A stretch of DNA of 64,000 bases from Folioceros fuciformis (lineage: Eukaryota). Position numbers and translations under genes: made by a program. The notes under the pieces are model-generated. The model was not told the origin of the DNA. It made no database searches and was given only the letters and a program-made list of their open reading frames with translations. Positions 10,192 to 21,700 of the stretch are shown here, piece after piece; within the stretch, counting starts at the first letter, position 1, and each line of letters opens with the position of its first letter. The stretch spans positions 1 to 64,000 of the forward strand of contig JBNGIO010004204.1 of the NCBI GenBank assembly GCA_049999805.1, read 5' to 3'.

Positions 10192-13100
10192 ATGCAGAGC
10201 CTGGCAGGAGCGGGCGTTTTGCCGTGCGCCGGGCATGGCACTGTGGGAGAGAAGCCCAGTGGCTGCAAGCCGCAGCCGATGGGACGGAGCGGGGGGGTGC
10301 GGCTTCCGTCGGAGATCAGAGGCGCCGGCCTGACGCACAGCAGGGTGCAGGCTCTGGAGGAGAAGACAACGCACAGGAGCCTTGTCAGCTTGCGAGCGGC
10401 CCAGACTGTCAGCAGAGGCGCCGATCTGGTGGGATCGTACTCGGAGCCGGTGCTCGAGTTACCCCGGGCTGATGTGGTGGAGCTCAAGGGCAAGGTGGTA
10501 CTGTCCAGAAAGAACCACGGTATTCTTGTGGACATTCCGGCGCTGCTGTGGGACAACTACGCCGAGCTCTTCCAGGGGCAGCGGATTGAGCTCCGTCTTG
10601 TCAGCTTGGATTTGGATCCAGGTGAGGAAATCGCTGTCCTTAGCCCTCCTTAGCAGCAGGCCATGACACCCTGTGCTGATTTGAGTTGTCATTCTGCTGG
10701 ATTTTGCCAATTTCTTCGCTTGGTGCAGACACGAACGGGCTGAAGCTGAGCTCTCCCACGACGGTGGAAGGCTGGGCTGTCCGAGAGCTCTTCCTGTCAG
10801 GGGACACCGAGTTCGATGTCACCTTCAAGGTGCCTGCGGATTTCGGCGAGCCCGGGGCCTTCCTGGTGCGCAACAACCATCCCCGGGAGTTCCTTATGGT
10901 GTCGCTGACAATTGAGAAGCCCACCGGGAGTGTCGTCAATTTCCGTGCCAACTCATGGGTGTACAATACCTCCAAATACACCTCCGACCGCGTCTTCTTC
11001 AGCAACAAGGTACGTGGAACCAAGTCCCCAAGGCCATCCATGATTCGAGGCGAGCACTGTTGTAGCAAAATCAAGCTGTGGGAAATTTTCAAGGTTTCTG
11101 ACACCTTCTCACTCTTTTCTTCTTGCAGACGTACCTGCCCAAAGACACTCCACAAGCCCTCCGAGCTTTCCGGGAACAGGAGTTGCGGACGCTGCAGGGA
11201 GATGGCACGGGAGAGCGGAGACACTGGGAGCGCGTCTACGATTTCGACGTCTACAACGATCTGGGAAATCCGGGCTGGACCTTCAATGGGAAGAGGCCCA
11301 CGCTGGGAGGGCCGGAGCAGCCTTATCCTCGCCGGATGCGGACGGGAAGGCCTCCTTCGTTTTTCGATCCCAAGGCAGAGAGCGTGGTGAACATGTTCAC
11401 GGGAGATTTCCTCACCTTCAAGGTAGGCCCTGACCCCCTGGGAAATCTCTACATTCCCCGGGACGAAAGGTATGACAGGACCAAGTACACGGCAGTGCTG
11501 CTGGGGAGCGTCTTGGGCATGGTGCACGGGATTTTTCCAGTTGTGCGCAGCCTCTTCTCCGGCAAGCCCAACGAGTACAAAAGCCTGTCCGAGGTGCGCG
11601 CCATGTACGAGGACAAGTTTGAGGACGGAGGCAAGAGCTGGTTCAAGTATCCTCTACCTCAAGTTGCTGCCGGTGCGCATCAACCTTCCCTTCCGTTCCC
11701 TGTTTGTGCATGCTTGGAAGAATTCCTAACGCTCGCCATTCTTTCTTTCAATTGCACTTGGCTTGCTCTCTTCTCATCTGATTCAACTGTAAATGAGATG
11801 TTGCAGCTGACGATCTGGCATGCCTGGACGACGAAGAGTTTGCTCGACAGGCTGTGGCAGGCTTCAGCCCCATGGTTGTGGAGAGAGTGACAGTACGTGC
11901 GCTATTCTTGACGTCCCGTGTGGTTGTCACCGTTGCTGGTGTGATGACTTTTTGTCATTGGTGGCACGGAAGTGTGAGGCACACAAAGGGAGTCGTATGG
12001 TGCTAACAAAAGTGGCCCGTGACAGGAGTACCCGCCGCGAGGCCGGACCGGGCTTACCACCGAGCACATTCAGCCCTACCTGGAGGGGTTGGGCGTGGAG
12101 GAAGCCATCGCAAGCAAGCGGTTGTTCAAGGTGGACTCCCACGACCTCTACTACCCCTTCATCGAGCGGATCAACGCTCAGAAGAATCGCAAGGGGTACG
12201 CACCTCGCTCCATCCTGTTCCTGAACGGCGAAGGGAAGCTGACGCCGGTGGCCATCGAGCTGGACTCGGGGAAGGCGATCCAGGTGCTGACACCTCCGAG
12301 GGCGAAGGACGGGGAAGCGAAGGCGGCAAAGGACTGGCGCTGGGAGTTGGCCAAGCTCCATGCTAGCCAGATGGACTTCGCTTACCACGAGCTGGTGACG
12401 CACTGGCTGCAAACGCACGCGTCCGTGGAGCCTTTCATCATCGCGTCGCACCGGCAACTGAGCGCGCTGCACCCAATCAAGACCTTGCTGCAGCCGCATC
12501 TCATCAACACGCTGTCGGCCAACATGTCCGGGCGGCAAGTTCTCGTGAGCGCGGGCGGTTATATTGAGCTCTTCTTCGTCACCGGGCCTGTGACGATGGA
12601 GGTGAGCCAGGCGGCGTACCCAGCCTGGCGCTTCGACCAGCAGGCGCTCCCGGAGGACCTGGTGGCGCGTGGCATGGCGGAGCGCACCCCGGATGGTGGG
12701 GTACGCTTGGTGCTGGAAGACTACCCCTACGCTAAGGACGGGCTGGAGCACTGGTCGGCCCTGCAGGCCTGGGTGGAGCGGGTGGTCGGCTTGGCCTACT
12801 CCAGCGACGAGCAAGTGGTCGCCGATCAGGAGGTGCAGGCCTGGTACCGCGACATCCGGGAGCGCGGGCACGGCGATCACAAGGACCAGCCATGGTGGCC
12901 TCGGCTGGACGGCCGCGAGGGCCTCATCCGGGTCCTCACCATCATCCTCTGGATCACCAGCGTCCGCCACGCCGCCGTGCACTACGGCCAGTTTCCCTAC
13001 GCAGGCTACGTCCTCAACCGTCCGGGCTTCCTGCGCCGCCTGATCCCGGAGCCTGGCACGCCAGAGGATGCGGAGCTGCAAGCCGATCCAGAGAAGTTCG

Positions 13101-13417
13101 TGCTCTCCACTCTGGCTTCCCCGTTCAAGAACTTCGCGGTGGTGACGGGGGCCGAGACGCTCTCCATCCACCCGACCAACGAGGAGTACATTGGCACGCG
13201 GAACCAGGACAATTGGACCTCCGACCCCGAGCTGCTGGAAGCCTTCCGCCTCTGGGGCGAGGATCTGCGGCGAATCGAGCGCAATATCGAGGATCGAAAT
13301 GCCGACCCCTCTCTGCACCACAGGACTGGCCCCGCCCGCATGCCCTACACCCTGCTTTATCCCTCGTCTGGCCCGGGCGTCACCGGCAGAGGCGTGCCCT
13401 ACAGTTTGTGTGCGTAG
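10192..13417 (+). CDS. LOX: Plant-type lipoxygenase (PLAT plus catalytic domain), 5 exons, 910 aa, with a possible N-terminal transit peptide and atypical active-site residues
   Basis: Exons 10192-10621, 10729-11009, 11129-11672, 11807-11892 and 12026-13417 total 2733 nt and stay in frame. Motifs include 'FGEPGAFLVRNNHPREF', 'RVYDFDVYNDLGNP', 'PYPRRMRTGR', 'DEEFARQ', 'HELVTHWLQTH', 'HRQLSALHPI' and 'PYTLLYPSSGPGVTGRGVP'. Confidence 0.95.
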
Positions 13418-15717
13418 GCCATAGCCAAGCCTGTCCTTGTTTGGAAAGACGCATTGGGTGCTCTACTACTTTTTGTGCCGCTCTCTGGGAGTAACTATGT
13501 ACAGCATGCAGAGCCTGCGGTTGTGACAACCTGCAGAGCTGGCGTCGTTGATGATGCAAGTATTGCAGGCTCTGATCCGAACTGCGACTGTCCGTGTTTT
13601 TAGCCTCATGTACGTATTTGTAATACAGTAGCTGGCCAGCTGTGCATGTCTGCGATTTCCACTTCACAAGAAAGCAACAGGTTAAAGACTTTGTTTTTCG
13701 TTCATATGCGCTGATTGAGCCTTCAAATACGCTGCCTTGGTGCGCAGAGACGGAAATTTCGGTGCCCCTCCAAATCCGGCCAGGATAGATGCCTTAGTCG
13801 TGCCCAGCTTGAGAGCCAATCCAAACGACAAGAATCCAAACGGCAAACGAGATACACAATTCAAATCGGTGACAGGCGTATGGGCCATGGAGCCGTGGAC
13901 GGAGTGTAGAGGTGGGTGTTGTTGCGGAGAGTTTCGGAGCTGCGCAGTTGCAGAGGCTTGCGATAGAATAAGCCCGCGTCCTCGCTCGTGTCTTCGTGGC
14001 AGCGGTGACCGTCCGCCCGGCTCCGGGCTTCTAGATCTGATGTTACATTGCTGATGAATGAATGGCATTGACGAGTAGCTTTATTCACGAGACTTGAGCT
14101 CTTGTTGGCTTGTTGTGGTACTGAAGGCGAGCTTGAATTCTGCTGAGCGACGCTGCGCGCCTTCAGTTTCTGGAAAGCTGGCTGGCCAGCGCCAACATAG
14201 CCGCCAACTACTGTGAGCAGACTCTGCCTGAGGAGAGCGTCCCAGACGTGACTTGAAGGCTGCTGGTCGGCCGCGGACGCCTCCAGGCTTGCCAGCAGCA
14301 TTTCCACCCCGCGCTCAAGCGAAGAGGCTCTAAACAGCTTTGTGCAGGCCCATTTTCTCCTTCGATCTCCGTGCCAAGTAGGATGAAGCGTTGTGGTTTG
14401 CTTGCATTTCTTTTAATTAGAAACCTTAAAGATTGTCTGAGAATCATCGTTTTATTTGTGTTCTACGAACCTTCCGGACCATCGCCTCCATCGCCTAGGT
14501 AGTTTTTAGGTTCATGGCATCTAAAGCTTTGAGGTTGAAGACGGTCACCTTTAGTGGATTCTGGCACCTCTTAGGTATAGATGAAAACTAGGAGTGCCGG
14601 ATTTAAGAGTGCATTCACAGGTTCTAGGAACTAGGTCTTCCAATTAGTTTTTCTCCATTTAAAATATATAAAACTTTATTTAAAAATATGTAGGGTTTAG
14701 AGTAGAATATATTATGAATATTATAGATTTATATTATTCATATTTTGAATTATAGATTCTACAAAAAAAATCTTGGCTTTCTTGGAATCTTTGAAATCCT
14801 ACTTCTACAAGCCTTACATAAGTTCTGAAGCCATCCCTTTCCCAAAAGGCTTACTTTAACACTAAAGGAATGTGAGGCGTAAGTAGAAGAAGCCTAACTA
14901 TATAAAACGCTAGACGCAAGCAAAATATCCTCAATTTGAAACATCATGGACATCACAGTCCAGAAGGAAAAAGGATGGAGGCGTAAAGAAGAAGTGCGGG
15001 TAATGAAGGAAATGTGGGCAATATAATTTAGGAGTTTTGAAAATCATGGTACAATGAGCCAACGTCTCACTAGCCCTAAGTCGCTAACCGATCGAACAAA
15101 AGTACACGCATTCTATAGACATCAGTGCCCACAATATGTTGATTGGATGTGGAAGTAAACGCGTCCACGATTTGTACATGGACGGAAAGACACTTGCCGA
15201 TCCTTAGCCAACAGTAAAGACCACCCGAATAGGTCCTAATAACTCGCGTAAGGAGTCCACACAACCAAGGCGAGGGTAAGTTGAAGGATGATAACACGTT
15301 GGCCACGCTAACGTAGCATCACCGTGTTGATGAAAGCGAAGGCACATCCAACTCCTAGTCCCACTACATTTACTCTCTTCTAGCTCAAACGGACCAGGCA
15401 ACAAGCGATCCAGAGCAATGTGATGAAAGCAGGCCGACAGTACTATGTAACAGGGTACAGCCAAAACGGTATGAAACAAGGCAGGCAGGCAAGTTCATTT
15501 GGCGGGACAGGAGTTTAGGCCAACAACTTCGATGAGTTTACTCATTCGAAGCTATGTCAGGCAGGTGTGGGAAAACCAGGAGGAGGATTGCAACCCAGTG
15601 CCATGAGGCTTGCCACGACGCGACTGCGATTAGTCACATACACCCCACCCCAGGCTTGCCTTTTTCTTTTTTTTACCTTTCCACGGGAAGAGCCCATCTT
15701 CCCCATGAAGTCATGCA

Positions 15718-18700
15718 TCACAGCTCCGACAGAATGGCTGGGATATAATGAGACAACTCCGCAGTGAGTGACTGAAATCCATTCACCAGTTGAGAGTGAA
15801 AGTCTTGATCTTCTTCCCCAATCATCCTAGCATGGACGCGAATGGCACGTTTACACACACCCATGAACTCCAATAATGCCTGAATCAGCTGCTGCAGTTC
15901 TTGAGACCGTAATCTCAAAGATGGCTCGTCAGACAGAAACGCTGTACATACACCCAGCACCCCACTATTCACCTGGACCACATTAAACATGAGTCTATTA
16001 GCCAGCCAACCACACTCAAGATATACAATATCCTGTTCTCCAGAACAAGGAGACAAGATCCTTACCTGAACTGCTACACTCCCTTGCAAAATCCGCTGGA
16101 GGCTCTGTAACCGAGGCAGCTGATCACCTTCCGCACTCCTTGGTTCATCCAGTTCGCCCACCAGTGCAGCAGTCCTTGTTTCAATCATCCCAATTGCATT
16201 CTCGATCGGTGAAAACTCTCGGGATTCTGATTTCGTAACGATGAGTCTATTGACAAGTGCAGGAAAAGACCCCTCTGTTTGCACGACGGTCCTCCTTTTC
16301 CACTGGTCTTCCAATCCACCCTGCGTTCGCCCGTTCTTCGTGAAAGGAGTGTCAAACAGGAAGCGGTCGAATACACGAGCACTCACATGTCCTGTGATTT
16401 GTCCCGAAAGCCGCTCCCTTCGACTCTCCAGGTCTTCATTTTCTGTCACTGGGTCCACCGAGGTAATCTGTAGATAACAGACCCCAGGCTGGAGCTCCTC
16501 GGCATTAACCTGTCGGGAGTCTGGAATAATGTGTAATGTCAAATCACTATCTAACCTAGATTCATATATGTGTCCTAGCTTCTCCATTATATCCCCAAGT
16601 CGTACATCACGAGCCTCCCTATATACATACTCCTTGCGGTTCAGCTTACCAAATCGCTCTCCATAGAAGCCTACTCTATAGTAAGTGGCATCAATAAATG
16701 GGATGGGGCTCGACTCCTGGTCAAGGATCGACTCATAAATGCTGGTGAGAGAAGTATGGCATTTAGATAGCTGCCCATACGCATGCCGACTCTTGTGAAC
16801 TGGAATGATCAGCTCCAATATACCAGCGCAGAAGTGAAACAGCTCAGCTTGGACAAACAGCTTGTTTGCTAATTGCAAGTACTTCACAGCAGAATCTACA
16901 GTCAACTTTGAAGCACCATAACCTTCCACCTCTGCTGCAGCTGCCTCCGATGTAATTTGATCACTGAGCATGGGACATATTCGCCGAAGAGCCTCTACAT
17001 GCTCCTTTCCCCATACAGCATCTTTACGCCCCACCAGTGCCTGAGAAAAAAACATGTGCCGACGTCAAAACCCTTGTCACTGAGGATGACAGCAACATTT
17101 TAGTCAAGCTAGGATACAATTGAACAACCTGCATAATAACGCCTGCAACAGCAACAGCACACTGAGCTGCTTCAGCCCATGACTGCATTTCCTGATGAGC
17201 ATCACAAAGGTGAAGGAGCCACATAATGTGAAGATCAGGAACATGCGCATATGCCCATGCCAAACTGTGGTAGCTCTCAGCTGTAGCGTACTTATCAATG
17301 GCCATCATCGGTCCCTGCAATTCCATGACGATGTGTGATCAAGGAGGTGCACAGTGAAAAGTGAAATCGAAACACGGCTGAAAACAATCATGAGCATCTC
17401 CAGAAGTAGGCACCAGAAGGGCATGCTCCACAGCCGCCTCTAAAGCTTTTTTCAGAGTTTCAGATAGCTCGACAACTTCAGACCACCGCCACCTGTTGTC
17501 CAGAGCACCATCTGGCCCAGTCTCTAAGGTATTCTCGCTCAGACCACATTCTTTCAAAACTTCTTGGCTGATGTCCTTCTGAGCCATTTCCTGCAAGGAC
17601 TTTCGGAGTCGACGTGCCTCACCACTTTCCTCCAGACTACCATCAGATCTCATTTGGGTTACTTGTACATCAGACATAAGCTCCGATAACGTGATACTCA
17701 GCATCACCCGCAACCTCACTGTGTGCTTGAAAAAGTAAAAGGAATTCTGCAGACCAATCAGAGCCAACCCTGTACGAACATTAGCTCACTATACAATTAC
17801 AGGACTGCATGGAGGCTTTTCACGGCAGAGATCAGCAATGTAAGGCATATCCACAATTGACTTACCCTAACAAGAATCTGAAGCCCTACCACTGCCCTCC
17901 TGCGAATAGATTCATTTCGGAACACAGCCAATCGCAATAAGTGAAAAGCAATTTGTTTCAGAAAACGATCATTTTCGTGACCCATAAGTATTGCTCCATG
18001 ACGACTGAGGAGATTGTGAAATACTGGAACGAATGCCTTCCAGAACACCAGAGGCTGACTACGACTCAGAAAGCCGGTGAAAAGTGCTGTGATACAGTCC
18101 AGCTTGTCAAAATCCGTCAAAATACTCTGAGATGATGCCGCATCAGTGAACTTCTCCGCGACCTCTAAAACCTGAAGGCTAACAGATGCACTGAGATTCT
18201 CCTCCCAGAGTTCCTACAGCAAAACATACGCACTTCGCTCAATGACATTCATGCAGGATATTTTATGTAGCTGTGGAGACAAGAATATTTCAAAAAGGAA
18301 GCAAAGGAAACTGCTGACAGTTCATCTCATCAGGCAAAGTTCACCCCACAGTTCACATGTCCAAGAGCATACCAGCTTCTGCCGATGAACTGGGTGTAGG
18401 CTCTCACGAAGGGCCCTGTTGGCAGGACCTCGTCTCGAAGACTGAGCTTGAGCTAATGCTTCACGAAGGGAATATGGCTGGTTTGGAGAGGACATATGTG
18501 GGCTCATTTTCTTCCACACTAGTCCAGTTTCAGGAGTTGACTGAGGCTGCATCCACTGGTCAGGGAATTGTCAGTTAGCTACGTAGGAAAAATTATCATT
18601 CGTGAGACCACCTACGCAGAGGACGAATAAGAAATACACACCCTGACTTCTAGACGTGCAGCCTCTGAAAAATATGCATGTATTGCTGGAGATAAAATCT

Positions 18701-21700
18701 CAGAATATCTTGGCGAGTTCCCTCCTTCACCCTCTTGAGGTTGAGAAACAGGTCCAGCGACCGAGATTTCAATACCTGCTCTCCTATGCTGGAGTCCAAC
18801 CACCGCAAGAACAAATTACAGATTGCCCCTTTCACGTGTTCCATGTATACAGGAAAGGGGTAGTCCAGTCGAATCATACAACAGTGCATACAAATTGCAA
18901 CCCGCACATTTTAAAAGTGAAGCAACCATCACATTACCTCAAACAGTACAAGGCATTCTTCCATAAGCTTGAAGAATAGTCTGGTTCGTGCAACACTTTG
19001 CTGCCAGGCTTTGGTCAACGATGGATCATCCAGATGCCGGATGATTTGCAGAACACAGAGTAGCACCTCCCGCTTCTCGGAAGAACTCAGATTGTAAAAG
19101 ACAGGCATCTCATCCAAGATCTGCATCACAGTAAAATGAGTCCGCAGACAGGAGGAATCTTCCTACCCAACCGATGCACACTGACGTAAACCTTCATCCA
19201 TGTAACATCGTATACGTACCAAGCCAATCAAGGGGAAGTAGAGCTGCGCAATGTAGAGCTTGTCTTCCAGCTTTTGGTACCTCACATCGTACTCATGCTT
19301 CGCCATAAGCACAACAAGAATGCGGGCAGCCTGTTCCATGGACAACAGTGGAAATCATGGCAGAAATTATCAATGCACGTGGCTCCAATGGGGTTTGACA
19401 CTAAGCACAAGGATCCAAGGTGACTGTCCTTCAAACCAAATATTCAAATTCTAAATCCAGCACACCCAGAGGGAGACAGCACGGCACAGCACAGACATTG
19501 TACCTTCGATCTTTGATTCAGATCTTCATGATCCCAAGTCAAGAAAAGCTCCTGCATGAGCACAGACGCCAAGTAGTTCCTGCAAAAGGGCTACGATCAG
19601 AACACGCTGTGCTGCACAGCATTGAAGTCTAAGTTGCAAAAACACTCACCTCTCTGAGGGATCCCTGCCAGGCATCTCGACAAACAAATCATGGTCGCAA
19701 ACAATGCGCAAAAACAAAAGCTTGCATTCGTGGAGCACTGGTTGACATATACCGGTGAACTTGTCAAAGTACAATGCCACCTGCGATATTCAAGGAGTTC
19801 AGCAACAGTTTTGAAAGGGTTTAACCTGGATAGGGTGTTGCACTTGCTCCACAAAGAATAACTCACCAGCTCAAAAACCTGACGAGGATCAATAACAGAA
19901 AGCAAATCATAGCAGAAAAATGCCAGGCTGCTATTTAGACGCCTTGCAAGGTTGAGGCCCTTCTTGCAACGTTCATGAACTTCAGTCAGCAAGCAGTCAT
20001 ACAGCTGCCAGATGCACTTGAATACTTCTTCTTTAAGCTGCAGTGGGGGAATATCTTCTCCTGAATCATAGTTCACCAACAGGCAAGCGTGTCAGATGAT
20101 GAAGCCAGACAGAAGATTACTCGATGTGAATCCACATGTGACCAGTTCACCCTACCAGACAACTGGTGGTCTGGAAAAGCTCGAGCTTGCTCAAGAGCCA
20201 TGGACTTGACAATGATCTCCAAAAACACCCATGCCATTGATAAAACGTCATCATAAACAGGACCCACTCTGTAACCTTTCGCCTGATGAACCACACCACT
20301 AGCATGAGCAACACTGTTTGAAAATTGATGCTGCGTCCACTTAAATTGACTCCTGAATCTAGCAACTGGAAATGAGGACTTCAACTCAACAATTCCGCCA
20401 TACCTTGCTTCTTGCTAAGCTCCTCCAGACACTGCAAAGGCCAGGGTAGACAGGAGCTTGACTACCATCAAAATCATCGAAGGCAAAATCAATATATTGG
20501 ACCAAATATCGGTTGCGCTCAGCTCCATCAGTTGATTCCTGCTGTACTCTGCATATAACCGCAAACAGCAATCTTTATTTTAACAACGTCTAAGCAGGCA
20601 GAAAAGAGTCATGCTTCCTTCAACCTGGAAATTAGGAGAAAGTACCTGGTCAGAATGTTCACCATGGCACGGAATGCAGCAACCTGAAATTAAGTTGGAG
20701 AACGATCATTAGGTCGACAGTGCCAAACAATGCGGTATTCAAAATCTCACAGGCCAAACAATTCATGGTTCGGAGAGAGGATACCTGGAGTGTCTCCCCA
20801 CCGTCTGCAATCATCCTTAGGAGCATGTTCATAGTTGGTTGGAGGAACTGCAGCATTGCAGTTGGGTCCACCCCCTTTAGGCTATTGATGGCCTGTATGT
20901 GTGACCACAAACCCTGACGTTAGATTATGCAATGTCAAAAAGTAGAAATTCGTTTCTGCTAATCTCAGAAGGAGGTACAAACCTCAAGGAGCTCTGACCC
21001 CCATGGAGGACTTGTTCGGAGGACATGACGATCATACTCTGAAAAAAATTCCCGTATCTTTTCATTCACAGGATAGAGTGATGAGCAAAGTCGAAGACGT
21101 AACTTAAAAACAGCTCGAGCATCTTCCAGATAGTCCATCTTCTCCTGTAAAAGCAGCAGCAAACGATACTAGAAGGCTGAGCTTAAGTAATACTTCGATA
21201 CTGGCAGATAGTTGAACATGTTACCTTCACAGATTCCTGCAAATAATGTGGAAGCAGATCCCTGCTGATAACCAGACTGCCGTCAGCCCTGAGGACTCTG
21301 CAATACCAAGGGGCAAGCACTCAGTTGGAAGTCACAGAGAGCTCTTGGACAACAAACGGATGGCTTCTTTACAAATTACTGCACGGGAACAAACGTCACC
21401 AAAAAACAGCCACAACAGATAACTGGTAGAACTCACTGAGCGCCCATGGAGAGAGGAAGAACTGAGTAGCCCACCACAACCTGCAAAGAGACCCAAAAAA
21501 GAGATTCTCGGCCAAAAGAAAATGGAACAAGGAACCAAAGTACCTTAGCAAGACTAGAAGAGAGCCACACACTCAGCATGCACATGGTGGCAGGTATGGA
21601 ACAAGTTGCAGGTGATAGGCAGTACTGACCGGCTTTGGAGCCTCCAACTTCATTTGAAGATCAACATGAAAGAAGGTGAACAAGAGATGGTGATGAGGAG

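Noticed and set aside
11927-13321. 464-aa minus-strand ORF
   Set aside because: It is the antisense shadow of the GC3-rich last LOX exon.
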